Positions 11,783-25,550 of a DNA stretch of 64,000 nucleotides are shown piece after piece (positions within the stretch are counted from its first letter, which is position 1; every line of letters starts with the position of its first letter). Source of the stretch: Setoptus koraiensis (Eukaryota; Animalia; Arthropoda); assembly GCA_048013815.1 (NCBI GenBank), contig CM106585.1, forward strand, positions 992,001 through 1,056,000, written 5' to 3'. The position numbers and the translations under genes were made by a program. The notes beneath the pieces are model-generated. The model was given only the letters and a program-made list of their open reading frames with translations, ran no database searches and was not told the origin of the DNA.

Positions 11783-12818
11783 GCTGTCTGTGTGTTCAAT
11801 TAGTTAATTAATTACTACTGTTTGCTGCCAATTATGGCTAATCTTGATTGACTCTGATTGTTATTGGAGTAACAGATATCAGTGTTAGTAACTAGTCAAG
11901 CGACACTAATGCAACAAACATTGCAAACCTCAGACGTTGCCAAACATCTTTGCGCAGCCGGTGCAGTGTCTAATTAGCATTAAATCATTTACTTTGCCAA
12001 TTGTTGGTGTAAATTTCTGAGAAAAGTGGCGAGTTGTTGCCAAATTGCAACAAATGGCCGCCAATCGATAGCACAATCCCAGCAAGCGACACACATCCCA
12101 AGTTAGTTGGCGACTGAAGACGAGCCACACGTCTAAACGTGCAAAGTCTACGTGTCTCAAACTGTCTAGGTTGTACAAGCTTGCCACTGAAGTCTCAAGT
12201 GGTAATTGACAAATGGTAAATAGACATAATAATTACATGAATGCTTACAGAGCTATCGAGAGCTTTCAAGTTAATTCAATTTGGCAAGATTGTCGTGCCA
12301 GTTAGTGTAAAGGTGCACAAGTAGCCAAGCTTTGGGCCGATTGACGCCAAGCGATAGGGTGTCGCTTTTAAGCGAAAAACTGCAAACTTGAGCCGAAATT
12401 GTGTTTAACACGTTGAGTGAGTCGCATTTGTTGAGCAAACCCTTCCACAGGCGGCTCGGATAAATCGTGTCGAGGGCCCATATATCAAATTGCGTTGTAA
12501 GCCATCGATTTGATCAATTCGAGGAAAAATCCTGGCCACTGGCTGGTAGCTGGCAAATGAAATTGATTTCAAGCAAACATTTGACGACAAAGCAAACGGC
12601 ACAAGCAAGCTTTGGCACAGATTTGGCTCACGTGAAACAATGACTCTCGCTCTGCTTGAAAGCGACGCCTTTGCTTGGCCCCATTTCTTGGCGCGCTCAA
12701 TTGATGGGCACCGTCTGTCTGATTATCTAAAGTCCATTATCTGGAATGACATAGTGCTATTGTTGATGATTCTTTGTCACAGCGCCACTGTACGATTGTG
12801 TGAGTGCGTGAGTGTGAC

Positions 12819-12872
12819 ACTTTGCGACTGTATGAGACTTTGCGACTGTATGAGACTTTGCGACTGTATGAG
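12819..12872. repeat. 18-bp minisatellite (ACTTTGCGACTGTATGAG)x3, perfect
   Basis: Direct reading. Confidence 0.95.
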
Positions 12873-13550
12873 AGTGTCACATAGCAATGAGTGAGTTACG
12901 TAACAGTGAGAAGTTTGCAAAAGAATAAAATTGATTTTGTTCGTCCAATGAATTCGCTATTATCTACTCCTATTACTATTATGGCCGCTGTTGGGCAAAC
13001 CTTTGCGCCCACTTTCGTAATAACGCAGCGCACTGCCACTCATCATGAGATGGTGGCGAGTCGCCAAAGTCGCTATGCCGACTATATCGACATGCTCGCA
13101 ACTTTATATAACCATATCATATAACGAGGGCATCGATGAGTCAGCATAACTGAAACGTAAATGATACCGACGACAAATTCGCGCCGCTCACAACCACCGG
13201 CTAAGCCAAGTGAGTGAGCGGCCGCTTTTTGGTGATGGCTCACAAAAAAATATGCTCGCCAGAATATTGGCAACTTGCGAACGTTCGAGGGCAAACGAAG
13301 GGCCCCGAGGCACGCGCAAGGGGCCCCAAAAAGCGATGCCACTCAGCTAGTTGCAATTGGCCTCGTTCGTTGAGTCGGGCCACTCGGCAGCCGCAGCCGC
13401 AGCAGCGGATGGGATGCATTTTTGGCTGACTCACTAGGCCGCCACTATCAGTCAGGATAGTGGCGGCATCTCTGATAATTCATCCAAGATGATAGATTCA
13501 ATTTGGCTAAGAGCAGCCCGGCGAGAGTAAGCTGATAAGGCAAGCTCATG

Positions 13551-13610
13551 CTGGCTGCCGTTGGCTGCAGTTGGCTGCAGTTGGCTGCAGTTGGCTGTAG
13601 TTGGCGGCTA
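13551..13610. repeat. 10-bp minisatellite (TTGGCTGCAG)x3 perfect plus degenerate flanking units
   Basis: Direct reading. Confidence 0.9.
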
Positions 13611-16600
13611 TAGTTGGGGCACATGAGCTATATCTGAGGGGATAACCGGGCCCAAGTTGAGCCAGCAAGCACAACTTGTTAAAGTGGAGCACAATTTAAT
13701 GCACTGCTAGCTGGAAATTGAGAGGGCCGCGGCATGACAGAAAATTTATTCATATTTTATTTATCTGCCACACGAGACTTACGCACCAACTCCGGTGCCG
13801 TATCGGTGTCGTATAATGCCACACAATGCGCGTATAATGTCGTGTTAGGCCGTATAATTCGGCCTAACACTGACGTAATGCGCAATGGCACCCAGGGGAT
13901 TCGCGGCGAGTTGCGTAACCGAGTTGCGTCCTGCCGCTAACAGCCAACACCAGATAAACCAGCCAAACCGACAGCAAGCGCGTTGATTTGGGCCCCATCT
14001 TGTGCCCAGTGAGCCAACTGGCCGCTCACTGCTGCCAACTGCCAATTGTGAGCAGTTGGCAGTTTGTTGTTGGCTGCTAACGAACGCGCATCAAATGACC
14101 CAGTGAGCCAGCCAACCCAAGTTTGCATAAGCACACTTGACAACTGTGCGCGATCAGGTATCATGTGCATATTGCGTCATCACTATCGGCTCACTGTGCC
14201 AGCCGACATTCGCCTAGACATTGGCCAACTGGCAAATATATGATGATATATTCGCCAGCTAATCCGCGTGTCATCTCTGCCGTGGCATCTCTATCGGCTA
14301 TCACACTCATGCCAGCCGAGCTAGCAAAAGGCCCCAGCGAAAGTTGTTTTGCGAAGCGAGCTCCTTGTGGGCCCCTCATGCCTCATCGAACCATGTCCAG
14401 ACGGGCCCATTGCGCTGCACTTCCTGTTGCTTGTGTCAGCCACGTTTGCCGCTGCCACAATTTCACAATTTGTGCGCACCGAAGCCGCCAACGACGAACA
14501 CTGGTCGCGCCACTGACACTCGCCAAGCGTGAGTCAAAGGTTCACGCTGGCTTATCTCAGGCGGGCCCCAATGGCTCTAGCCATTGGGTTAAATGAGCAG
14601 CCGGACATAAGTTTGGGCTGGCTGATGTGTGCACTGTGCCACTGATATCACATATATTTGAGCATGTATAGCTGATCATGTTCAGTCGAGTCGTGCCATT
14701 TGATCCAGCTTTTATCCATCACATCTCACACACAGTGTCTTGATGTTCACTGTGTCCAGTTGGCCAGGTTGGCAGCATTTTTTGCAGTTGCGATCCCTTG
14801 CTGAGCTATTCGTGAGCAATGGTGGCAACGCTGGCTGCTCGTGCAGGTTGGTGTGAGTGCACGTTGTGCAGTTGATAGTTGACTGGACACTGGCACAGAG
14901 CGGGCATGCGGTCGCTTGCATCGGCATTGGCGCTAATCCCGACGCTAGTCAGTTGCTTCGAAATACAAGATATATCTTTGTATGGCCGTGTGATGAATGG
15001 CAGCCAGCAATCGAATGAAGCAATCGAGCAAGCCAACTGACAGAGATACCGAGGCTGTCTGGTGAAACGGTTAAGACGTGGCCAGGTCGTGCAAAGGCGC
15101 CAGTTGATGTGAGAGGCGAGTTACTTTCGATTCTGGCCATTCCATCGAATTGATTCAATGGGCCCCAGTATCGATATGAGACAGTCAAAGGCACACACAA
15201 CAGCGAGCGTATAACAAGTTTGTTGTGTACAGCCAGTTGTTAAGTGCAGTTGGGGCCGCATTAAGTGGACGGCCCAACTAGAGAGTGTTGTGCATCACGA
15301 GCGCACGATATCATCGCCGATACGCCGATACGCCGATGCGCCGATGCGCCGATACACGGGCGCTGGCAAAAGTGAGTGAGCCAGACAAGACAATATCACT
15401 GGTATCATTACGTAACGACGCAACAACAGTTTGTGTCACGTGTCCAGTTTGCTGGCACCGACATGGCGCTCAGATCCGTTTAGATTGCGCAAGCCACACG
15501 CACCGGCCAGACCAAGTTGTTTGCTCGTTCGCGTTCGTTCCTCTCTGAGCGGCTCAATTTTTATTTTGCTCAAAAGAATCAAACGCTGCCACTGGCTCGT
15601 TAATCCCCTGTCTTTAGCCGGCGCTGCCTTTCTCAAGCCAATTGCAGCGCCCGATTGCATCTCTCAGCTGCATCGCTAACTATAAGTCTATTTATCCCCA
15701 CTTTTCCACCTTTTGCACACCCATTAGTGGCCAGACACAAACAGCCGAAAGAATTGCCCCGAAATCCAAGTTGCGCTGCAATATCCCCGAGGGGATGCAC
15801 AACTCGTGACCATAGTTTGTTGGCGGCAAATACACTCAAATGAGGCCAAGATGAGCCAAACGGGCCAGATATTTCCCCGATTAAACGTCAGCGAGTCACG
15901 AAGCCAGCACAAGAGCTAATTGCATCATTGTTGCGCATTTTGTGAGTGTCACGTTGCGGCCTAGATGCCGCTTGTTAGCGGTAATTATTGTGAGTAGTTG
16001 GTATATTGTTATATTGGTATTCCGGTTGATAAACCAATATACTCGATGTCCCGACCTGCAATAACATTGTAGCGCGTGTCTTGTCAACTGACTTTTGCTG
16101 GCTGGCTGGCTGGCTTGCCGGCAGCGCAATCTCGCCAGTGCCGACAATGTGATAAGTGATTAGTGCTGATTAGTGATAAACAACAGCCAAGAGTCAGTTG
16201 TTGCTGTTGCTGTTATCGTGAAATTATGTGAGCACCCACGACTGACAACTGACAATTAGCATTGGCATGGCACTAGTTGTGGCAGTTTACAAATAATGGG
16301 TCTACCCAAGAGCAGAGTTTAACGAGTTAAAAGTTCACACATCCACCGTTCATCAGCAACAACAGCGGCGACAACAGCAACAGCAGCAACGACAACAGCA
16401 ACCACAACAACAATGACTGCCACTGCTTTAGGTGGGTGCCAAATGAAGAACTGGAACAAGAAAATGTTACATGATTTAACGCACACACAAACATTTAAAT
16501 CATTCATAATGAAGTAAATTCATCTTTGAAATTATGATAATAAAGATACTAACTAGCAAGCGCACGTTTTACCGTTACCTTGGTGTGTTTGTTTGCGGCA

Positions 16601-17428
16601 TGTTGTTGGCTGTCGGTTGTTGCTTGTCGGTTGTTGCTTGTCGGTTGTTGCTGTTGCTGTTGTTAGTGGGGTCACTTTGCGTCGTTTTGCGCAAGCAACA
16701 ACGAGTTTGTTTGGCGAGCTGCTTGTTTAAACTTTTGAGCTGTTGTACTTGTGTCTCAATATCTCAATTTGCTCGCTCGCTCGCTTGGTGCCAGGTAAAG
16801 TGTGTGCAAGTGACAGACAGGTGACACAGAGTTGCCAGTTGTGACTGGAATGTGTTGCCCAGTGAGTAACAAGATTAACACAGTCGCACGATGATGAATT
16901 GAGCTTGCCAAACTAATCTATTGCAAATTGTGCAATCTATTACAATTGTAAACTCGCTCGCAAGCTTGCAAACTTGTCGTTCAAATTACAATCTCCATCT
17001 CTTATAAAGCACAAGTGACGGCAATTAGTTTGCGTTAATAACTGCGCACCCAAGCCAAATTAATGATGCTAAACGACGCGACGTCTTAATAGTCATTTCA
17101 ACAGGTGGCAATTGCATGAGCAGTGGTGCCCACTACAGTCAAACCAACCTGACACAAACATCGGCCAAGTGGCGCCATCTAATTCGAGCAGCTTAAAAAG
17201 TCAAGTTGAGTGTGCTAAAACTGACCAAAGTTGGCCGATAATAATAAAAGACAGTTTAGCTAGACAGTGCTGGCAAATTGCAACTAGCTCATTCGATGAC
17301 GGGCACCTCGAGCTTGCAAAAATCGCGCAACAACAGCAACAACAAATATTCTAACAGCTCGTCTCGTTTCCACGGTGAGAACGAGAACAACAAGAGAAAG
17401 CTGTACATTACGCAATGGTGCCGATTAA

Positions 17429-17463
<35 letters not shown>

Positions 17464-20400
17464 CCGTCTGTCCGTCCGTTCGTCAGTCTGCCCTTCGGGC
17501 TGGCAATTCAAACGGCCCAACAGGCAACAACAGGCAACGACAACAACAACAACAACAACACCAACAACAACAACTAATCCTCTCAGACTGTGCCGAGAAC
17601 AAGAGTGCATGTCATAATTTAGATTTACAACGCGCCGGCATCACAACAAGTGAGGCAAGTTGCGCAACTTGCAAGCGCCAGTGGCCACTGTTGAAACTTG
17701 CAACAACTACCGCCGAGTCGACAGCAACGACTGCAACAACCTCGCCAACAGCAACAACAGCGGCAGCAGCAGCAACAACAACAACAACAACAACGGCAAC
17801 AACAACAACGTCAACGGACAACTTATTGACAGCAATCACTGGACGCGACTCGGTGTGTTTGTGTGTCCATAAACATAAAACATAAAAAAGAACATTATTA
17901 TTACCGCGCTTCACACTTGTTTGCCATTCTTTGCGATGGTTCCAGTCGAACTTGGCCCTGCTCGGCATGGCCTGTGTTGTGTTGCCACACTGTCCGGCCG
18001 ACTGGTGGTAATTGTCTGGCCAAGGCACGGGCAAGAAGCGAAAAAGAAGCGACGAACGGGCCAAGAAGAAGCCGAAAAGAAGATGAGAGCACAACAAGTG
18101 TTAAGTCGCCTTCTCGGCGCTGCTTCTTTTCGCGACCACGTTTTGTAGCGCTGCCAGTGACTGCCGGCACAGGTGAGTGGAAACTTGCAGCGCAGTCTCG
18201 TCATTCTCTGGGTCCGTCTAGTAATAGAATTACCACTTTTAATTGGCGCTCATATTTCCATGCCGGCCCATGTCAGTTGCGACTGATGTTGCGATTGGTC
18301 AATTCGAACTGGCTGCTCAGGCTGAGCCAAGTGGCCAGTTGCGTAATGCCACCACATCGTAAAACAATTAGTTGGCCAGAATTGGCAATTTTATTTTATT
18401 CTCTCTCTCTCGCTCGATCTCTGCTTGTCTCATCCAACTGCCAATCGTCGTCAATGTTCAGTCGTCAATCTTTGCCCATCAATGGCCACACTCTCTTGTT
18501 CCAACATGCAACTTGTATTCAGCATAATCTAATGGAAATTATATAATAAATTAAATTGCCCCATGTCTGTCGTGTCCAGCAATTCACTCGGCGGCGACTC
18601 GATGAGCTTTCGTTTGCCTCGCTTCTCTGGCTACTTTGGCCTCGTTGGCTGCTCGCCGGCAGCAGCTGCAACACTACCTGTCAGCTTTGTGGCACCATCA
18701 GGCACACACTCAGACAGGCTGCAAATTTGAATATTCGCACAAGTGGCCGGCGCTTAATGATGGCCTTCGTCAACCTGAGCAAGCTCCAAAATATTTAATA
18801 ACTAGCGCCGTTCTCATGACAGCGCCAATACAAACCTGATTACTGCAGGTGAGCTCAATAGAAGCCGGTTTAATTGGCGCATTGCAGCCACGGTCGAGAT
18901 ACGATTTAAATAGGAAAGGGATCAACGACAGCATGACATTGATATCGCCCATCACTTTATGTCGTTCCACTTGAAAGCTGCAACTCGCCACTTGCCACTG
19001 GCTACTTGCGGTCACCTGGGCAAGCTTGCAGCCGTCACAACGGTGTCAGTGGTCAGTTCAATGATTGGCCGTCGATGGCCAACACACTGACCATCGACAT
19101 TGACTGTGGACGCGTTGCCAAAATTATTCATTCGGCCAAACTGTCATTGGTCGCACCGACACGCCGCCAATTTGTCGGGCCGACTATTGTGTGTTAGCGG
19201 GCTCTTGATAGACAAAACGTGGCAACATTTCACAGGAACATCCAAAACAAGCCGCCTAACAGCATTGTAAATCGGACATTTGTGGCAGAGAAGCAGCAGA
19301 CAAGATTTAATCTGATCTTGCGATACTTGCACAATCAGATAGTGGCCGTATAATATTTGACAACAACAACATTGGTCAGCGTTACTGTATTAGTGATTGT
19401 TAGTGGTTGGCGCTGTAAATGGCGCATACAAGTTGCAATTTGGCGCCAGCTAATACCCTGGTAATTGGTCACTGGTCACTGGTCAGTGCCGGCTGCACCA
19501 GATGAGACGGTATGCGAGAAAGTGGCATTAGGTAATGAGCTAATGGTCAAGTGTTTGTGTTGGCCAACAACAAGCATGCACCACAAACAAAAGATCATAA
19601 ACAAACAATGTCTACAGGGCTCGTTCTCCGGTGACATTAATAAAATTAGTCGCTTGCCTCTAATGGCCGCGGCCGCAAGTTAACTCTTGCTGCCTAAAAA
19701 CTGTTTTGCTGTTCACGAGTTGTTGCTGTTGTGCTGGCTGTTTCTGGTGTTGTTGTTGCTGCTGTTGTTATTGTTGTTGTTGCTGCTGCTGTTGTCGTTG
19801 TTGTAGTTGTCGCTGCTGCTGGTGTGGCGCGATTGACCAATGCAACAACAGCAAACATGCCGGGGCAAACAACAGCGACCACTGAGGATAAACACAAACA
19901 GTGCGTCGCAAGACAATCATAACTCAAGATAAAGAACAGCAAAATGGTCGCAAAGAATTGTTTATTGCCGTCGTGTCAGCGGCCGTCTTGGTTGTTGTCG
20001 TTGGCGTTGTTGTCGTCGCTGACCAGTGGCCATTGCTAGTGGCCTATAACGCCAGTGCCCGGGTGCGTGTGTGTGTGTGAGGAGCAAATCAAATCAGTGC
20101 CAGCAACACCATTAGTGGGCCCCATCAAGTTATTTGAATCGGGCCAACGAGCAAACTTGATGATTTTGGCGGCTGCTGGCCCAACTGGCGCTGGCTGTTT
20201 CACTGCACTGTTGTGTGTCACAGCGGGCCCAATGGGATCCCCAATGGGATCGTTCTGGTGGCCAGTGGGGAGCCAAACAGGCCCAACTGGCCCAACAGCA
20301 ACAACAATAAACAGAGGCTGGCCACCTTACTGAGGTGCCAACATTTCAATTTGAGCGCACTTAGTGGTCAATTACTGGCCGGCGGCACGAGCCACCACTG

Positions 20401-21244
20401 GCTATGTGCACTGTATATAGACAGTGTAAACACGGTCAGTGTTGATGCTAGTCGTCGCGTGAATAATCGCTGCCAATGAATAGCACGAGCCAGCAAACAA
20501 CAACGGCCAACGGCCTAGTTGTTGGCCGATGCAGATGCACACAGTCATTCAGCGATGGCGCGACCATGTTGTGACAATGACGAAATGGGGCCCAGTGTGT
20601 TCATTTAATTTGGCGCGCGAGTCGTTTTGACATATACTACCGCTATAATAGTACCGCTATATGTCAAGTTAGCAGTAACGTGGCAAGACGAGACGCGAGC
20701 AAGACGCCCAAGCGAGCATCTCTTTTTCTTGATAAACAGTGGCTGGCCCCAAGTTGCTCGTAGGGCCTTTATTAAGTTGCCAGCGCTACTACTCGCCAGA
20801 CATAGCTGGCTTCGCATCAGGCCACTGTTCGAGCTCTATTGTTATATCACATAACTTGTTTATTGCAAACAACAACAATGTAATATCACTAGCCAACAGT
20901 TATACAGTCACTGCTGTTTGTGTGTCGCTGGCTAGTGTTTGGCCAGTTTGTTTGGCCAGTTCGTTCAGTTTGGTCGGTGCTCGGTCAGTGTTGGTCCACA
21001 GCAGCAATGTTGGACCAGTGTGCTCACTAGGCCAACACTGCAGGATAGCGTCAGTGGGGCCCGTTACAGTTTGCTTGGCTAGTATCATCAGTAACTTGTG
21101 ACATCCGCCACACGAGCCACCAGTCACTAGCTACAGAATGTGCGAGGTGTCACGTGGTGCACAACAGCATTATTACATAACTGTCGTCAGGACGTCGCCT
21201 ACCACTGGCCACTGGATGACCAATTATTCACACGATTGTTGACA

Positions 21245-21290
<46 letters not shown>
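21245..21290. repeat. (TGT)n microsatellite
   Basis: Direct reading. Confidence 0.95.
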
Positions 21291-23570
21291 AGCATCAGCA
21301 TGCCATCTCTCTCTAGCTCTGGCTAGTGTGCTAAAAATAAATATAAATATAGATATGCAATCATAATTTAAATAAACTGGCCACTCACCTAGTAGCTAGC
21401 ACTCACTTTTCATACTAAAGAGTAAAGGAAAGGGCGTTGAATCAATTGTTGGAGTAACATGTGCACTACTTTTTCAGATATACTAATACCCCGGAATGGG
21501 ATATTAGCACCATTCGCATTCTACTTTGTGTGTCTCAAATAAGCAACATCCGAGGCTATGTTGTGTAGGCCAAACTCTCTGACAGAGTCACACAAATGGG
21601 CAAAGAGAGCATAAGAGTTGGTTGGTGACAGTCAGACCGTATTGCGTAACTGTGCCAAGATCGAATTGGTTTCAGATTAAACCATGTGGAGATTACTCGC
21701 TATGACTAAATGAGAGCAAATATATCCACAAATAGTTACTACTGTCACTCGCTTGTTAGTCTCGTCTTCGCAATAGCCACGCAGTGTGCTTACTATTCAA
21801 CAATTTATACACGTACAATGTACCGGTATGTACAGGTACATTATGTACCGTATTACTAATACTGTATTAGGTATGAGGTGAATATATTATTTGTTGATTG
21901 ATAGTTTGTATGGTAGTTGCTTTTTGATTCAGCTAGCTGCTGTTGAATTCATGTATCAATTAATAGCAATCATAATTGAAAGAATTGGCACACCATGATC
22001 GAGCAATCAATTAATTGGACACACATAATGCAGCAATTGAGAGGCACAGTTTGTGCAAAAGCAAAAGCAAAAGCAACGGCAAATGGCAATGCAAAATGTG
22101 TGGTGTTGGTTGCTTCGGTTGCTTGGACATATCTGGGCATATCTGGACGTGTGTGTGGACATGTGCTCTCTCATGTAGACTCTGACTGAACCGAGGGCCC
22201 AAAAGAGACGAGAAGCGAGAGAGAAAATAATCATGAGCAATATAAATGATAAACAGCTCGCTCGGATATTAACGGTTATCATTACACTTATGTAATAAAG
22301 AAATGTCACTTATCTGGTGCATCTTGTCCACTAATGCAACGGCCCATCCAGCGAGACGAATTTCACTGGTCCACTGACTGCATCAACCAAACCATGACAG
22401 ACACTCTAAGATACACATCACGACACAGGCAATATCAGCCAGTCACATTGCCAGATCTATTTCGCTTGGCAACTTGCGACCCAACGACACCCATTCGCCG
22501 CATCAACGATATCAACAGCACATTTATTTGTACAATGCATTAAACAATGGGCATGCAATATAATCTAAAAGATTTTATGCACGCTGTTGTGAGTGAGAAT
22601 AACGTGTCAACTACTTGACACTGCCACTAAGTGTATGTAAACTCTGACACGAAAATCTCCACTGTGATAGCTCGCTGGGGACCCCTCAAAACCGTTAACA
22701 GAGAGAGAGAGAGAGATCAAATTTTGCAGAGAGCAAATAAATGATGAGGCGCGATATCAGCGCGTTGAATCAACTAACTGCATTGCATAATATTAATAAT
22801 ATTATTAATATATCGTATAGTGTGTGTATTTAAATAGGCCACCAATAGTGAGTCAAGTAGCAGTAGTCACTTGAGACGAGTCCCAAATTGTTGTTGTTTG
22901 TCTGCATAATAATATCATGACAATCTGACAAGAGAGTTTTATAGTGTCGTGAGTGTTTGTTATAGAAAATCTCAAATCGTTATGCATACAAAGACAAACG
23001 TTTGCGAGTTTGTCAAGCGAGCCCAGTCAGTGCAGTTATTGCAGCAGAGTGACTCGCAGCGGACACTGGCCGTCAATTAATCTTTTCAATACAACGGCAC
23101 CAGTCATAAGCTAATAAGTTGACTTTTACGTGCGATTGTGCGTACTTGTGCAGTTTGACTTTGTTGCGAGGGGCAACATTATGACATGGCAACAACATGG
23201 CTGACAAAGGCCTAAAACAATCCGGTGGCAAGGGCGCCGTTCATTGTGGCTGGCAGTGTGACACAAGGTAAGAAGAGAAATGATGACAAGGTGAGGCCAT
23301 ATTGAACGTGCTGGTGCTAAGCGAGTGCGCGTGGCCGATGGGCCAAGACCTTGGTTAGCTCGACACGCAAACGCAAACAAAGCGCATGGGGCCCACAATG
23401 GGCCCCTGTGTCGGACGCTGGCATCCTTTGTCCTTTGTGATACAGAGCCATTCGCTATTCGTTTGCAACACCAAAAGTAACAGTGCACCAACAGCAGCCT
23501 GCAACAACCAAAACCATAAAGATCATTGTTGTTGTTGTTGTTGTTGCTGGTCATTGTTTGTGTGTCGGAA

Positions 23571-23616
23571 TGGTGTGAGATGGCGTGAGATGGCGTGAGA
23601 TGGTGTGAGATGGCGT
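23571..23616. repeat. 10-bp minisatellite (TGGYGTGAGA)x4 plus partial
   Basis: Direct reading. Confidence 0.9.
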
Positions 23617-24480
23617 AACAGTGCAAAGTTGGTTGTTGTTTTTAATTCTGTGTCCATTATCGCCCAGTGGCCAGCTTGATGTGCTCATGTGTGTCCAGTG
23701 CAGCGTGAGGCAGCGCACAATGGATAAAAGAGCTCACTTTTGCCCTTCTTCTGTGTGATTTTCTCCTATTCACAGGCCATGCCTGCCTCTGGCTGCTGGC
23801 TTCTGGCTGCTGGCTGCTGGCTGCTGGCGCTATTGCTGGCCGGCGCTAATGGAAGAAGCCCCACTCGCACTATCAAAAGAATGCATTCTCAGCCGGCCTC
23901 GCCAAGCTGATGGCCAATCTTGTGCAGCGGTGGCCAATGAAAGAGAATAATTGCCAGCCAGCCAGCCAGTCAGCCTGCCAGCCAGCGAGACAGACAGACG
24001 GACAGTGAGGCAGAAAAGAACGAAATCGAGTGGCGCCGGTTGCAAGGATATTTATATTTATATACACATATATCCGATTGTTTGTTTGTGCCCAAAGAAG
24101 CAATAATTTGGACACAACATAATACCGTTGCATTGGTTCCACTGGCTCACTGATTCCAACGGTTCGAATGGCTGAACTGACTGCAACGGTTCATATTGCA
24201 ATGGACCAATGCGCCGACGGAGGCAAGCAAGCGGCGATTATCATTATGATTTCTTACAGTCTATCGCTTCTGTATATCATCATCATGTTGCGTATTATCA
24301 TACAACATGCATGCACATGTACATTATTGTATATTGGGCCTGAGCTAGTTCGGTCAAGACATGCACTAGATAACATTTATTATTATGTATATTTGGACAT
24401 GTTGGCCAGATAAATAAATAAGATGCCTGCTTGCATGGGTGTTGCCATTGTGTCTGCGGCCACAATACTGGCTAATACTG

Positions 24481-24550
24481 GCCGATACTCGCTGATACTC
24501 GCCGATACTCGCCGATACTCGCTGATACTCGCCCATACTCGCTGATACTG
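24481..24550. repeat. 10-bp minisatellite (GCYGATACTC)x about 7
   Basis: Direct reading. Confidence 0.9.
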
Positions 24551-25075
24551 GCCACTGGCAAGCGATGTATGAAAGAGTCAGATTGATCTATGTTTGGTAT
24601 CAGCAACAATAATAATATAATAAAACATGCAACTCACTGTGAATCGTTTAATATAAAAACGGCAATACATGTAAATTCTTCGTCTTGCAACTCTCACTGA
24701 TGAAGCACTAAAAGAAGCACCATGGCAATATCGCTCTATTTACCCCACGCCACAACCACGCTACAACACGCAACATGATTGCAACCAATGCCAATGGCAT
24801 ATTTCTGACCGCCACACAATTGTCGATAGCATGTCGGTAGCATGCAGCGGATTACATAAAAGTTTGCGAGCTTGTTATTATGCTCGCCAGCTTGTGTTTA
24901 TATCGGCCAGTATAGCACCCACTGAGCTGACTCCATCATTTGGGCACGATGTTGTTTAGACGCCATTATTACCGCTTCTTGTCCGCTCACTCAATCGCCA
25001 TTCTCTTCTATGCTTCTTTTCTATGCTGTTTTCAATGCGTCGGTACGTCTCTGGGTCGGTGCTTCGGCGCTTCGA

Positions 25076-25137
25076 TGCGTCCTTGCGTCCTTGTGTCGGT
25101 GCGTCCTTGCGTCCTTGTGTCGGTGCGTCCTTGCGTC
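25076..25137. repeat. 24-bp minisatellite (TGCGTCCTTGCGTCCTTGTGTCGG)x2.6
   Basis: Direct reading. Confidence 0.85.
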
Positions 25138-25500
25138 GGATATCGGGAGTCGGGTATGGAGTCGGGTATCGTCCCGCCACAATCGATGGATCGATCGGGT
25201 GCATACAGAGCCAAGTATATGCAAGTATTACGCAAGTATAACTTATACCGCATAAGTGACCCCGTGGTGGTGCAAGTTATCTCAGTGCAACAGTAATAAC
25301 ATTACTGTTACACCAATTGGCTTGCCTTCGAAAGTGAGACGAGCGCAAACGGTTGCTTTGGTTGGCCTTGAGGCCTGGGGCCAACCACGCCAGTGTCTGG
25401 CCAGCTTCCATGCATGCATAATGTTGCTCTAATTTCGTCCGATTCACTCCAATTTGGCCGGCTCGTCGTCTTATCTATTCCACATACAACCTGCAGCAAC

Positions 25501-25550
25501 ATAATACAACATAATACAACATAATACAACATGATATAACATGATATAAC
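25501..25550. repeat. 10-bp minisatellite (ATAATACAAC)x3 + (ATGATATAAC)x2
   Basis: Direct reading. Confidence 0.9.

Noticed and set aside
17278-18546. Cluster of 90-227 aa overlapping ORFs
   Set aside because: Open on both strands because of (CAA/CAG/GCA)n and (CT)n tracts; no domain content.
21505-21526. miR-29/285-like TAGCACCATTCG
   Set aside because: The 3' half diverges and no pre-miRNA-sized stem with a GGTGCTA-type arm is present.
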